From positions 52,167 to 116,166 of the forward strand of contig CAYSKO010000005.1 of assembly GCA_964431835.1 (NCBI GenBank): a stretch of 64,000 nt of DNA, read 5' to 3'. The translations under genes and the position numbers were made by a program. The notes under the pieces were generated by a model. The model was given only the letters and a program-made list of their open reading frames with translations, was not told the origin of the DNA and ran no database searches. This DNA is from an uncultured Planctomycetia bacterium (lineage in GTDB: Bacteria > Omnitrophota > Gorgyraeia > 2-02-FULL-51-18). Below are positions 35,866 to 45,632 of the stretch, piece by piece; the first letter of the stretch is position 1; each line of letters opens with the position of its first letter.

Positions 35866-36795
35866 TTAAAGGGCGCGGGGACGGAGCCGCCGCACGAGGC
35901 CGGGAATATCTTCGTTTACGCAGAGCCGGGGCGCTTCCCGCATCACCGCCGAGGTACTGGCGGCGATCCCAAGCACGGCCGCTTCCCGGAACGGACGCCC
36001 CCGAAGGAGCCCGGTCGCAAGGCCGCCGATCAGCGAGTCCCCCGCTCCCACCCGGCTCCGCACACGGACCGAGACCGTCGGGACCAGAAACGCCTCATGC
36101 GCCGAGACAAAAAGGGCGCCCCGGGCGGCGAGCGAGACCACCACGTACTTCACGCCCGAATCCACCACCCGACGGGCCGCGTCCAAATATTCCGGCACGG
36201 TGTCCAGCCGGCGCCGGGTCAGGCGCCGCATCTCGAATTCATTCGGCTTGATGAGAAAAGGCTTCGCTTTCAATCCCTGCCGAAGCGCTTCGTCGTCGGC
36301 GTCGAGCACGCAAGGCGTTCCGTTGGCCTGGAGCGCTTCGATGAAACGGCGGTTCGTCGAGGCGTTCATGCCGCGCGGCAGGCTGCCGCCGAACACCCAG
36401 ATGAAAGGCTTGGGACGGACGGCCAGCAGTTTCTTGAGGAACCGCGTGATTTCGGCTGGCTTCGCGCAGGGGCCCGGCGCCGAGATGCGCGTCTGCGTGC
36501 GGTCGAGCCGGTCGGTGATAACGGTGTTCACGCGCGTCTGGCCCTCAACCCGCATCGACCAGTGCGGCACGTCGATTTCCTCGACGAGCTCGTTCCAGAA
36601 ATCGCCGACGAAGCCGGCCACGATCGTGTAGGCGCGCGTCGGCCCTCCGAGCTCCCGCACGACCTTTGAAACGTTTACGCCCTTTCCGCCCGCGTGGTAG
36701 GTCACCGAGGACGCGCGGTTGGCGTCATGCTTCACGAGTTTTTCCACTTCGAGATGCTGGTCGATCGAAGGGTTGAGCGTGACGGTCGCGATCAT
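35866..36795 (-). CDS. 1-phosphofructokinase family (PfkB/FruK) kinase
   Basis: TVTLNPSID, GGKGVNVS, GSLPRG, IKPNEFE, VGAGDS. Confidence 0.92.
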   Translation of the reverse strand: MIATVTLNPSIDQHLEVEKLVKHDANRASSVTYHAGGKGVNVSKVVRELGGPTRAYTIVAGFVGDFWNELVEEIDVPHWSMRVEGQTRVNTVITDRLDRTQTRISAPGPCAKPAEITRFLKKLLAVRPKPFIWVFGGSLPRGMNASTNRRFIEALQANGTPCVLDADDEALRQGLKAKPFLIKPNEFEMRRLTRRRLDTVPEYLDAARRVVDSGVKYVVVSLAARGALFVSAHEAFLVPTVSVRVRSRVGAGDSLIGGLATGLLRGRPFREAAVLGIAASTSAVMREAPRLCVNEDIPGLVRRLRPRAL

Positions 36796-37418
36796 CGGAC
36801 GAGATCCTTTTCAGAGCGGTCCTGATAAATGTCGTCCTTGGCGGAATAAAACTTCCGGATCCAAGGCTGCCAATCCTGATAATCGTCGTAAACGAGCCGG
36901 GCCGGTGCCGTCGACCCGGAGCGCAGTTTGTAGCCCTCGGAAACCTCGACGGGACTCTCTTCGCCAGCGGCGACCGCGAGCGTTCCGCCGAACACGCGCG
37001 CGACCGCTCCCTGGGCCGACGCGTCGATCTGACAGCCGCCGGAAACCAGCCGCGCGCGCGTGCCGGCGGCGCGCACCGTAAGCGGACCCTCCGCCGTGCC
37101 TGCGGAATCGGCCAGGAGGAAGAGCCGGCCTTCCTCGAGCCGCGTGCCGGCCGGGCCTTGAAGCCGGACGTGCGTGTCCTCGGCAAGCGCGAGCACGCGC
37201 TCGAGCGAGGGGCCGAACGCGAGGACAACCGAACCCTTCCCGCCGGTACGCAGGCGCGTCCCGGCCGGCAGAGCCGCGTTCTTGGAGGCGGGCTTCCAAG
37301 CGGCTCCGTGAAGCGAAACTTCGGCGTTCTGGGCGTCGAAAACGACGGGGTCCGCGAGTTCCGCGCGGGCCGGTGCGGCCGCGAGGAAAAACACGGCCGC
37401 GAGCGCCGCGGCCCTCAC
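36792..37418 (-). CDS. Secreted FecR-domain-like protein
   Basis: Signal peptide; LPAGTRLRTGGKGSVVL..LAEDT..LEEGRL. Confidence 0.7.
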   Translation of the reverse strand: MRAAALAAVFFLAAAPARAELADPVVFDAQNAEVSLHGAAWKPASKNAALPAGTRLRTGGKGSVVLAFGPSLERVLALAEDTHVRLQGPAGTRLEEGRLFLLADSAGTAEGPLTVRAAGTRARLVSGGCQIDASAQGAVARVFGGTLAVAAGEESPVEVSEGYKLRSGSTAPARLVYDDYQDWQPWIRKFYSAKDDIYQDRSEKDLVR

Positions 37419-37876
37419 GCGCGGGCCGCGCGTTCGAGCGCGCGGAGACAGTAAAATTTAATGGAACGCGTGAGGCGCAATTCGCGTTTTCCGAGGTCCG
37501 CGCGAGAGACCCAGCGGTATTCGTGATGCTCGCGCTCGCACAGCTTCACGCGATCCGAGGCGGCCGTCGCAAAATAGACGAACGCGACGTGACGGTGCGT
37601 GTCGGAGATCTGGTGGGCGTCCACGTACGACGGCGTGAGGAGCGGCTTCACGCCGCGGTGCGCGATCGGCGGTTTCTCGGCTAGGACGCGCACTTTGAGC
37701 CCGCACTCTTCGCGTATCTCACGGTAAAGCGCCTCCTCCGGATCCTCGTCGAGTTCGACGTGCCCCCCGATCGGAAGCCACTCGTCGTACCGTTTGTGGT
37801 GGATGAGAAGCACGCGGCCGCGCCGGACGATGAAAACGGAAACCACGAAATCGTAAAGTTCGTGGATGTGCGGCAT
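37415..37876 (-). CDS. NUDIX hydrolase
   Basis: GGHVELDEDPEEALYREIREECGL Nudix box. Confidence 0.93.
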   Translation of the reverse strand: MPHIHELYDFVVSVFIVRRGRVLLIHHKRYDEWLPIGGHVELDEDPEEALYREIREECGLKVRVLAEKPPIAHRGVKPLLTPSYVDAHQISDTHRHVAFVYFATAASDRVKLCEREHHEYRWVSRADLGKRELRLTRSIKFYCLRALERAARA

Positions 37877-37879
37877 GGG

Positions 37880-39301
37880 CTAAAAGCGGGAAAGAAGAAG
37901 CGTGGCGAGCGAGAAATAAATGATGTTCGAAATGATGTCCGTGATCGTCGTCACGAGCGGGCCGGTCGCGGTGGCGGGGTCGATCTTCATCCGGTCGAGA
38001 AGAAGCGGGCCTACGGCGCCCATCGTGGCCGCGACGGTCATCGCCGTCCACATCGCCGTAACGACGACCAGGGAGAAATAGTGTCCGTACTGCCCGCCGT
38101 AGATCACGTACGCGATGAGCCCCAGCAAAAGCCCGTAAAGCCCGCCCAGACACCAGCCGATTCCCATTTCATGGTAAATGGTCTTCATCTTCTGGCTGCG
38201 GTCCAGCTTCCCAAGCGCGAGCCGGCGCACGATGATGGTCGCCGACTGCGACCCGACGTTGCCGCCCATGCCGGCGATGAGCGGCGAGAACGCCGCGAGC
38301 GCGATCACTTTCGCAAGGATCGGTTCGAAGGAGCGTATCACCATGGAGATCATCGTCCCGCCGATCAGAGTGACGACGAGCCACGGCATCCGAAGACCCA
38401 CGCTCCTGAAGACCGAGCTTTCCTCGATCGCCGAGGCCTGGGTACCGGCCATCTTCGCGATGTCCTCGGTGGCCTCCTGCTTGACGATGGAAATCATGTC
38501 CTTCAGGGTCACGACGCCCAAGAGCTTTCCCTCGTCGTCCACGACCGGCGCGGCGTTGATCTGGTATTTCGCGAAAATCTTGGCGATTTCCTCCTGGTCG
38601 GTGTCGGGCTTAACCTTGATGCCTTCGATCGAATTCATAAACTCCCCGAGACGCTCGTCTTCGGGGGAGCTCAAGAGATCCTGGAGCGAAAGCCACCCGA
38701 GCGCGCGGCCGGGCTCGTCCGTGACGAAAAGCGAATAGAGGTGCTCTTTTTGATTCGGGCGTACGATCGCCTGGAGAAGGTTCAAGGCCTGTTTGGAGGT
38801 CACACGGGGGCCGAGACGGACGAACTCGGGATGCATGAGACTCCCCGCGGAGTTCTCCGGGAATTTCATGAGGTAATCGATATGCGTCAACGCCTGCTGG
38901 CGGCGGATCAGGCTCTTCATTTTTTTTACGGCGCGGGGCGGCATCGTGTTGAAGATCTTCGCCAGATCGGGAGAATTCATGTTCTCGAGCATGGGGCCGA
39001 CGCTGTTCTCGAGATGGTTGTCGCGTGCCTGGGCCGAACCCGCGTCCCCTTCTTCGCTCAACTTCTCAAGAAGGAAGCGCTGATCCTCGATCTCGAGAAT
39101 TTCAAAGAGCTTGAGGGCAGAGGTGACGTTCAGTAGCCGGAAGATCTGGAGGCGCTCCCCTTCCGAGAATGAGCGCCAGACGTCCGCGAAGTCGAGGGGA
39201 TTGCATTCGCGGATGATTTGCTTGAGAAGGGCGTAATCCTTCTTCTGAAGGAGTTCTTTAAGTTCGGGGACCAGGAGTGCGGCGGATTGGAACTGTTCCA
39301 T
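37880..39301 (-). CDS. mgtE: Magnesium transporter MgtE
   Basis: ENSAGSLM, CBS pair, EATEDIAKMAG, AGMGGNVGSQ, DPATATGPLVTTITD. Confidence 0.95.
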   Translation of the reverse strand: MEQFQSAALLVPELKELLQKKDYALLKQIIRECNPLDFADVWRSFSEGERLQIFRLLNVTSALKLFEILEIEDQRFLLEKLSEEGDAGSAQARDNHLENSVGPMLENMNSPDLAKIFNTMPPRAVKKMKSLIRRQQALTHIDYLMKFPENSAGSLMHPEFVRLGPRVTSKQALNLLQAIVRPNQKEHLYSLFVTDEPGRALGWLSLQDLLSSPEDERLGEFMNSIEGIKVKPDTDQEEIAKIFAKYQINAAPVVDDEGKLLGVVTLKDMISIVKQEATEDIAKMAGTQASAIEESSVFRSVGLRMPWLVVTLIGGTMISMVIRSFEPILAKVIALAAFSPLIAGMGGNVGSQSATIIVRRLALGKLDRSQKMKTIYHEMGIGWCLGGLYGLLLGLIAYVIYGGQYGHYFSLVVVTAMWTAMTVAATMGAVGPLLLDRMKIDPATATGPLVTTITDIISNIIYFSLATLLLSRF

Positions 39302-39334
39302 AGGGGGTTCCGTGCCGGGCCGCCGAGAAAGCGG

Positions 39335-39613
39335 TCAGGTCTTGAAGTTGTAGTACCCGAGGACCTCGACGGGACACTTGGAGAGCGAGACCAGCCGGTC
39401 GTGATGCGCTTTCATGAACCGGTCGTGATCCCGCTCGGATTTCCACATGTAGGAGGACGCGTACTGGTCCTTCTCGTTGGTCCTGAAAAGCGTCTTGTAA
39501 CCCAGAAAGCCTTTGCCGAGCTTCTTAGCCGCCTTTTCCCACATTCGGCAATCCTTCACGTACGTGGAAACGTGCTTCTTCCGTATCCGGAAGAGAACGA
39601 GGTGGATGAACAG
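39335..39613 (-). CDS. Small ABM (antibiotic biosynthesis monooxygenase)-like dimeric alpha/beta-barrel protein; start uncertain (CTG 39613 or GTG 39559)
   Basis: (L/M)FIHLVLFRI..GFLGYKTLF..QYASSYMWKSERDHDRF. Confidence 0.6.
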   Translation of the reverse strand: MFIHLVLFRIRKKHVSTYVKDCRMWEKAAKKLGKGFLGYKTLFRTNEKDQYASSYMWKSERDHDRFMKAHHDRLVSLSKCPVEVLGYYNFKT

Positions 39614-39620
39614 GGTCGGC

Positions 39621-40049
39621 TTAGTTCAGCAGCGACCAGGTCTTCTCGCCGACGATGCCGTCGGCTTTGAGACCGTTCTTCCGCTGGAACGACTTGATCG
39701 CCGACTTCGTCTTCTGGCCCATCTTGCCGTCCGCAGGACCCGGATCGTATCCCGCATTCGCGAGCGCCTTCTGAACCTGCTTCACGGTCACGCCCGAGAC
39801 GCGGATGGCCGCGGATTTCGAGCTGCGCGAGAAGTTGGTGGAAGTGCCGCCAAGCGACTGCTGGTAGCTGTCGAGCTGGTACTGGAGGTCCTGGATCTGC
39901 TGGTCTTTTGCCGTGAGCTCGCTTTGGAGCTGCTCGACCTGGGAAGAAAGTTCCTTCTGGTCGGGCTTGCGCGCGCGAGTCGTGGCACAACCGGTGAGAG
40001 CGACGACGACGAGGGTAACAGCCGAGAAACGAATCGTATTTTTGTGCAT
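39621..40049 (-). CDS. Lipoprotein with coiled coil and peptidoglycan-binding domain
   Basis: Lipobox LTGC; VKQVQKALANAGYDPGPADGKMGQKTKSAIKSFQ..ADGIVGEKTW; AAGGAG RBS. Confidence 0.9.
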   Translation of the reverse strand: MHKNTIRFSAVTLVVVALTGCATTRARKPDQKELSSQVEQLQSELTAKDQQIQDLQYQLDSYQQSLGGTSTNFSRSSKSAAIRVSGVTVKQVQKALANAGYDPGPADGKMGQKTKSAIKSFQRKNGLKADGIVGEKTWSLLN

Positions 40050-40125
40050 CTGATCTCCTTGTAAATGGATGTGATGATTATACCTAGGAGCGAAAAGAGT
40101 GCAACAGTTAGTTTGTTGTGCGAAA

Positions 40126-40896
40126 ATGAAAAGCATGAGGCCTGAAAACGAGAGTGGCGATCTCATCGTCGCGAAGAAACTCACGAAAAAATATTCGGAC
40201 GTCGTCGCCCTCGACGGGCTCGATCTCACGCTCCGCCGCGGCGAGATCGTGGGTTTGCTCGGGCCCAACGGCGCGGGAAAAACGACGGCGATCCACATGC
40301 TGGTCGGGCTCCTGGAACCCACGTCGGGTGAAGCGAGCGTGCTCGGCATGTCCCCTTTGCGCCAGCGGCACGAGATCGCCAAGCGCTCCAATTTTTCCTC
40401 CGCCTACGTCCAGCTGCCGTCGAACCTCACCGTCGGCGAGAACATGCGGATCTACGCGATGCTCTACGGCGTGCGCGACGCGAAGAAAAAAATCGCAGAG
40501 CTTCTCGAACTCTTCGAGATCGCGGACCTCACGAAGCGCGCGACCGGAAAGCTTTCCTCCGGCGAGAAAACTCGCGTGAATCTCGCCAAATGCCTTTTGA
40601 ACGACCCGGAGCTCCTCCTCCTCGACGAGCCGACGGCGAGCCTCGACCCCGAGATGGCCGACACGGTCCGGAAGACGCTCCGCGGGATCCAGCGGGACAA
40701 AGGGATCGGAATCCTCTACACCTCCCACAACATGCCCGAAGTGGAGGAGCTGTGCAACCGGATACTCTTCATCCACGAGGGCCGTCTTGTCACCCAGGGT
40801 ACGCCCGTCGAAGTGATGAAAAATTTCCAGAGCGGGAATTTGGAGCAGGTTTTCATCAAGATCGTCCGGCGCGGCGATTTCGTGGTGAAGGCGTAA
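40126..40896 (+). CDS. ABC transporter ATP-binding protein
   Basis: GPNGAGKTT, LSSGE, LLLLDEPTASLD, TSHNM. Confidence 0.93.
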   Translation: MKSMRPENESGDLIVAKKLTKKYSDVVALDGLDLTLRRGEIVGLLGPNGAGKTTAIHMLVGLLEPTSGEASVLGMSPLRQRHEIAKRSNFSSAYVQLPSNLTVGENMRIYAMLYGVRDAKKKIAELLELFEIADLTKRATGKLSSGEKTRVNLAKCLLNDPELLLLDEPTASLDPEMADTVRKTLRGIQRDKGIGILYTSHNMPEVEELCNRILFIHEGRLVTQGTPVEVMKNFQSGNLEQVFIKIVRRGDFVVKA

Positions 40897-40899
40897 TCT

Positions 40900-41703
40900 T
40901 TGAGCGCTCCCCGGCGCGTGGGCGCGATGGTGCTTCGCTACGTCTATCTCCACAAGCGGAGCCTTCCGCGTTCTCTCGAGATCGTTTTCTGGCCGGTGAT
41001 GGAGCTTTTCGTCTGGGGATTCGTCGCGATGCACATCCGCGCGTCTGCCGGAGACGCCCTCGCCGCGATGGCGTCGTCCCTCATCAACGCGATGATTTTC
41101 TGGGATCTTCTGTACCGCAGCCAGCAGGGCGTAAGCGTGTCGGTCGTCGAGGACATCTGGACGCAGAATATCGTGAATCTGCTCGTGTCTCCCCTCAAGA
41201 TCTGGGAATGGATGCTCGCGACGTTCCTTTACGGGACGTTGAAGACGCTCCTCATCGTGGTGATCCTCACCGCGCTCGCGCTCGCGATGTACGAGTTCAA
41301 TCTCGTCTCGACCCTTCAGTTTTATTTGATTCCGCTCGGCGCATGCCTTCTCCTTTTTGGCTGGGCGCTCGGTCTTTTCACTTCCGCGCTCGTGATCCGC
41401 TGGGGCCACGCGGCCGAGGCGCTGATCTGGGGCGTTCCGTTCCTGATCCAGCCTTTCTCGGCGATCTTCTATCCGGTGTCCGCGCTCCCCGAGTGGCTTC
41501 GGCCGCTCGCCCTGGCACTGCCGAGCACCTACGTGTTCGAAGGCATGCGCGAAGTGATCCGTACCGGGACGATGCCGCTCGGCCATCTGGCGGCCGCGGC
41601 CGTGCTCGACGTCGTCTATTTCGCTCTGGCGGCTCTTTTCTTCGCGTGGATGCACCGACAAGCCCGCAGGTCGGGACGTCTCGGGCGACTGGGGGTCGAC
41701 TGA
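40900..41703 (+). CDS. ABC-2 type permease
   Basis: Six TM-like segments; FYPVSALPEWLRPLALALPSTYVFEGMR. Confidence 0.9.
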   Translation: MSAPRRVGAMVLRYVYLHKRSLPRSLEIVFWPVMELFVWGFVAMHIRASAGDALAAMASSLINAMIFWDLLYRSQQGVSVSVVEDIWTQNIVNLLVSPLKIWEWMLATFLYGTLKTLLIVVILTALALAMYEFNLVSTLQFYLIPLGACLLLFGWALGLFTSALVIRWGHAAEALIWGVPFLIQPFSAIFYPVSALPEWLRPLALALPSTYVFEGMREVIRTGTMPLGHLAAAAVLDVVYFALAALFFAWMHRQARRSGRLGRLGVD

Positions 41704-43181
41704 TGCATCTTTCGGTGGATCTCATCCTCCTCGTCGTGCCCGCTCTCCTTCTGGCGAGCGTCTTCGCGTCGAAGGCTGCCTCGCGCTTCGGCGTGCCGGC
41801 GCTCCTGGTGTTCCTGGCGATGGGCATGCTTGCGGGCTCGGAAGGCCCCGGCGGGATCTATTTCGACAATCCGTTCCTCGCGCAGTCGATCGGCGTTTTC
41901 GCGCTCGTCCTCATCCTCTTCTCGGGCGGCCTTTCGACCGAGTGGAGCGCGATCAAACCTGTCTTTCTCCGCGGTCTGTCGCTGGCGACCCTCGGCGTTC
42001 TCGTGACGGCGGGCCTCGTCGGCTGGTTCTCATCGAGGCTCTTCGGGCTTTCGCCGCTCCAAGGCCTTCTCCTGGGCGCGATCGTATCATCGACGGACGC
42101 GGCGGCCGTTTTCGCGGTCTTGAAGGCGCGCGGGGCGGGCCTCAAACGGCGGCTCGAGCCGCTCGTCGAGTTCGAATCGGGCTCCAACGATCCGATGGCA
42201 GTCCTCCTGACGGTCGGATTCATCGAGCTCATGCAGAATCCAGGAAAGTCGGCCGTGGAACTCTGTCTCGGCTTCGCGTGGCAAGTGGCGGTGGGCGCGC
42301 TCGTCGGATGGGGCATGGCGCGGGCCATGAAAGCCGCGATGACGCGCGTGAAGCTCGAATACGAAGGCCTCTACCCCGTCATGATGCTTTGTCTTGCGCT
42401 TCTCACCTACGGCCTCACTGCGACGCTCCGCGGAAGCGGGTTTCTCGCGGTTTACCTCGCCGGGATTGTCTTGGCCCGCGGTGAGTTCCCGCACAAGCGC
42501 AACGTCGTGCGCTTCCACGACGGCGTGGCGTGGCTCGCGCAGATCGCGATGTTCCTGGTCCTCGGGCTTCTCGTCTTCCCTTCCCAGCTCGCCGGCGTCG
42601 CGGTGCCGGGCATGATCGTCTGCTTTTTCCTCATCTTCGTGGCAAGGCCGGCGGGCGTCTTCCTCTCGCTTCTTTTCGCGCGGATGTCGTTCGCGGAAAA
42701 AACGATGGTCTCGTGGGCCGGCCTGCGCGGGGCGGCGCCGATCATCCTCGCCACCTTCCCGCTTCTGGCGGGAATCCCAGGTTCGCAGCTCCTTTTCAAT
42801 CTCGTCTTTTTCACGGTTCTCCTGTCAGTGCTCCTCCAGGGGACGTCGATCTCGTTCGTCGCACGGCGTCTGGGCGTGGACGCGCCGCCCGAGAAGAAGA
42901 TCCGCTCGCCGATTGAATTGGAGCAGACCGAGGGCATGGACGCGGATTTGGTGGAGCTCCTCGTTCCGTACGGGGGAGCCGCCGCGGGCCGCGCGATTCA
43001 CGAGATCGCCGTACCGACGGGGTGCCTCATCACGCTTGTGTGCCGCGACGAAAAATTCATCGTGGCTTTGGGAAAGACGGTCTTAGAGGAAGGAGACGTC
43101 GTTCTCGCGCTCGTGCGCGAGGAGGACAAAGCGGCGCTTCAGGCCGTCATCGGAAAGATGGGAACGCGTCAGAAGGAGTAG
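41703..43181 (+). CDS. Potassium/proton antiporter (CvrA/NhaP2, CPA1) with TrkA-C domain
   Basis: GMLAGSEGPGGI, VSSTDAAAVF, EFESGSNDPMA, WAGLRGAAPI. Real start is ATG 41703. Confidence 0.92.
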   Translation: MHLSVDLILLVVPALLLASVFASKAASRFGVPALLVFLAMGMLAGSEGPGGIYFDNPFLAQSIGVFALVLILFSGGLSTEWSAIKPVFLRGLSLATLGVLVTAGLVGWFSSRLFGLSPLQGLLLGAIVSSTDAAAVFAVLKARGAGLKRRLEPLVEFESGSNDPMAVLLTVGFIELMQNPGKSAVELCLGFAWQVAVGALVGWGMARAMKAAMTRVKLEYEGLYPVMMLCLALLTYGLTATLRGSGFLAVYLAGIVLARGEFPHKRNVVRFHDGVAWLAQIAMFLVLGLLVFPSQLAGVAVPGMIVCFFLIFVARPAGVFLSLLFARMSFAEKTMVSWAGLRGAAPIILATFPLLAGIPGSQLLFNLVFFTVLLSVLLQGTSISFVARRLGVDAPPEKKIRSPIELEQTEGMDADLVELLVPYGGAAAGRAIHEIAVPTGCLITLVCRDEKFIVALGKTVLEEGDVVLALVREEDKAALQAVIGKMGTRQKE

Positions 43182-44125
43182 ACCAGCGTCGTGATCACGC
43201 GCAGGTCGTTTTTCTCGGCTCCGGGGCCCGGATCGTTGTTGTACTCGTCGATGATACCCAGCCGCAAGGAAATCCGGTCGCTGATTTCGTTCTGGAAGAC
43301 GGTTTCGGAGCGGATGCGGAAGTCGCCGAACTCCGTGATTGAGGGATAAAACGTGAGGTCCTGCGAGACGCGCGTGCGTGGAAGGATACGCTTTTCGAGG
43401 AAGACGCGAGGCGTGAGGACGATCTCGGTCTGGCTCAAACCGTCGATGCCGCGCGGAATCGTGTAGCGCGTGTGCGTGAAACCGGCGCCGAGTTCCGCGA
43501 ATGCCTTCCAGTCGGCGTCGTTCGAGAACCAGTACCCGAGACCGCTCGAGGGCGTGTAACGGTAGCGGATACGGGCGAACCGGTCCTTGTCGCCCTCGAT
43601 CTTGTAGAAATTGTACCAGCGCGCCTTTTTCCCGAAGTAGGGCGCGTAATAGGTATTGCCGTACAGGCGCTGGCCGCTCATGCGGCCGCGGTTCGACGAG
43701 TAATACGCGTCTCCCCTAGCCTTGAATTCCCGGTTCTTCGTCTTTCGCGACAACTTCATGCGCGAGTGAAGTTCCGAGAACTGCGTGTTGCCCGTCCGGC
43801 GGTCGTAGCCGAAAGAAACCTCGCGTTTCCATATTTTGGGTTTGGGCGGCAGGGGTTTGGGGAGCGGCTTTTTAACGGCGGGTTTGGACGGGAGCTTCGT
43901 CGCTTCCTTCGGGACCGCTCCTTCCTTGAGCCTTCCCTTCAAGAATTCGCGCTTCACCGACACGTCCCCCATCGCCCGCGTGCGGACGACGAGTTCCTTC
44001 AGGTCCTCGTAAACAACATCCCCGGACACACGGTCCCCGTTCATGAGCTCCAGCGTTTCGGCGCATACGGCGTTCCCGCAGCAGAGCGCGGCGAAGAGAA
44101 GGGACAGCGCGGCCTTCTTGAGCAT
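43169..44125 (-). CDS. DUF481/YdiY-like outer membrane beta-barrel protein
   Basis: Signal peptide, LMNGDRVSG, RTGNT, GLGYWF, C-terminal LVYSF. Confidence 0.82.
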   Translation of the reverse strand: MLKKAALSLLFAALCCGNAVCAETLELMNGDRVSGDVVYEDLKELVVRTRAMGDVSVKREFLKGRLKEGAVPKEATKLPSKPAVKKPLPKPLPPKPKIWKREVSFGYDRRTGNTQFSELHSRMKLSRKTKNREFKARGDAYYSSNRGRMSGQRLYGNTYYAPYFGKKARWYNFYKIEGDKDRFARIRYRYTPSSGLGYWFSNDADWKAFAELGAGFTHTRYTIPRGIDGLSQTEIVLTPRVFLEKRILPRTRVSQDLTFYPSITEFGDFRIRSETVFQNEISDRISLRLGIIDEYNNDPGPGAEKNDLRVITTLVYSF

Positions 44126-44158
44126 GGGAGTTTCCTTGCGGTGCGTCCTATCCGCGCG

Positions 44159-44710
44159 TCAGCGCGAGGCTAGGACGGATTCGAGCTTGGAGACGAGCTC
44201 AGTCGATAGTGGATCGGTCGTCGCGCCGTAGCGGGCGACGACTTTACCGTCGGGAGCGATCAGGAACTTGTTGAAATTCCAGCCAATCGGGCCGTCGTGC
44301 CCCGATCCTTCCGTGAGAAACTTGTAGAACGGATGCGCGCCCTTCCCCTTGACCTTGATCTTCGCAAAGAGCGGGAACGTCGCGCCGTAGTTCATCGAGC
44401 AGAATTCCTTGATCTCGGCGTCGCTGCCCGGTTCCTGCCCCATGAAGTCATTAGAAGGAAAAGCGAGGATCTCGAAACCACGGTCCTTGTAGTTCGAATA
44501 AAGCTTTTGGAGAGAGGCGTACTGCGGCGTGAAACCGCATTTGGAGGCGACATTGACGACGAGGAGCGCTTTTCCGCTATAAACGGAAAGCGGCCGCTCC
44601 TCGCCGTCGATGGTCGTCATCGTGAAATCGTGTACGCTTTCTGGCATGCGGGATTCGGCTGCGGCCGGGGACGCCCAGAAGAGGAGCGCCAGGAAGGCCG
44701 CGCGCTTCAC
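44159..44710 (-). CDS. Glutathione peroxidase (Cys type, with signal peptide)
   Basis: VVNVASKCGFTPQY, AFPSNDFMGQEPG, IGWNFNKFLI. Confidence 0.93.
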   Translation of the reverse strand: MKRAAFLALLFWASPAAAESRMPESVHDFTMTTIDGEERPLSVYSGKALLVVNVASKCGFTPQYASLQKLYSNYKDRGFEILAFPSNDFMGQEPGSDAEIKEFCSMNYGATFPLFAKIKVKGKGAHPFYKFLTEGSGHDGPIGWNFNKFLIAPDGKVVARYGATTDPLSTELVSKLESVLASR

Positions 44711-45283
44711 CTAGTCGAGCCGCTCGATTTGCGGGCGGTCACTGCCTTTGTAGCCGTAGCCGCCGCGTTCCCGTCCGCCGCGCTCTCCACCGCGTTCGTT
44801 GCCGCGCTCGTTGCCGTTGCCGCCACGTTCACGGCCGCCGCGGTTACGTCCACCCCGGCGCCGGCGTCTGCCGCCGTCACCGCCGGCACTGCCGCTCTTT
44901 TCGGCGTTTCCGCCGCCGTTGCCGCCGTTGCCGCCGCCGCGCTCATTGCCGCCTTTATCACGGGCCAGCGAGACGACGATCTTGCGGCTCAGGAAATCAT
45001 TGCCGTTCAGGTCGAGCGCCTTCGAGGCGTCGTCCGACGGCATCTCGACGAACGCGTAACCCTTCGGCTTGCGGGTGATCCGGTCGGTGATGATATCCAC
45101 GCCGAGCACGCGGCCGTAGCGGGAAAACAACTCACGGAGCTCGTTTTCCTTGGCCGAATAGCTTAAGTTCCCCACGTAGAGACGGCTGACGTCGCTGAAC
45201 GAGGCGTTAAGGCGGGCGACGCGGTTGCCAGGCACGAAAAGCCCGCGCCACCAGTTGAGAAAGCCCTCGAGAAAGTTACCCAA
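44711..45283 (-). CDS. RRM RNA-binding protein with N-terminal extension and Gly/Arg-rich tail
   Basis: LYVGNLSY (RNP2), KGYAFVEM (RNP1); AAAGGAG RBS precedes TTG 45283. Confidence 0.9.
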   Translation of the reverse strand: MGNFLEGFLNWWRGLFVPGNRVARLNASFSDVSRLYVGNLSYSAKENELRELFSRYGRVLGVDIITDRITRKPKGYAFVEMPSDDASKALDLNGNDFLSRKIVVSLARDKGGNERGGGNGGNGGGNAEKSGSAGGDGGRRRRRGGRNRGGRERGGNGNERGNERGGERGGRERGGYGYKGSDRPQIERLD

Positions 45284-45385
45284 GTGATTCTCCTTTAATT
45301 GTCGTGCGTTTGATGGGCCCCCGGCGCCAGGCGCCGCGTGAGGCCGTTCGAGTGTATTATACAGCCCAGTTCGGAGAACGGAAAG

Positions 45386-45631
45386 TCAGATCTGCTTTCC
45401 GGACCGGTACAGGGCCACGAGATCGTCGTAGCCGCCTAAGGACTCGCCGTCCACAAAGATCTGCGGGACCGTGGTGCGGCCCCCACTCATCTCGACGAGC
45501 TTATCGCGAGCCGCAGCGTCATCGCTGACGTCAATTTCGCGGAACTTCACTTTCTTTGCGGTCAGAAAATCCTTGGCCGCGCGGCAGAACGGGCAGTAGT
45601 CGGTCGAGTAGACGACGACGTCCTTGGTCAT
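45386..45631 (-). CDS. grxC: Glutaredoxin 3
   Basis: YCPFC, TVPQIF, GGYDDL. Confidence 0.92.
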   Translation of the reverse strand: MTKDVVVYSTDYCPFCRAAKDFLTAKKVKFREIDVSDDAAARDKLVEMSGGRTTVPQIFVDGESLGGYDDLVALYRSGKQI

Positions 45632-45632
45632 C

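Noticed and set aside
40590-43181. 863-aa ORF as a novel fusion; likewise the extended ORFs 23469-25238, 24599-25516, 14644-15489, 28920-30065 and 58651-60066
   Set aside because: The N-terminal extensions overlap real upstream genes in another frame. The true starts are the downstream coupled or RBS-supported codons.
44159-44710. Selenocysteine glutathione peroxidase
   Set aside because: The catalytic codon is TGC (Cys) and there is no in-frame TGA.
44755-44950. Short tandem GCC/GTT-rich repeats as a CRISPR array or VNTR
   Set aside because: They encode the Gly/Asn/Arg low-complexity tail of the RRM protein and have no repeat-spacer structure.
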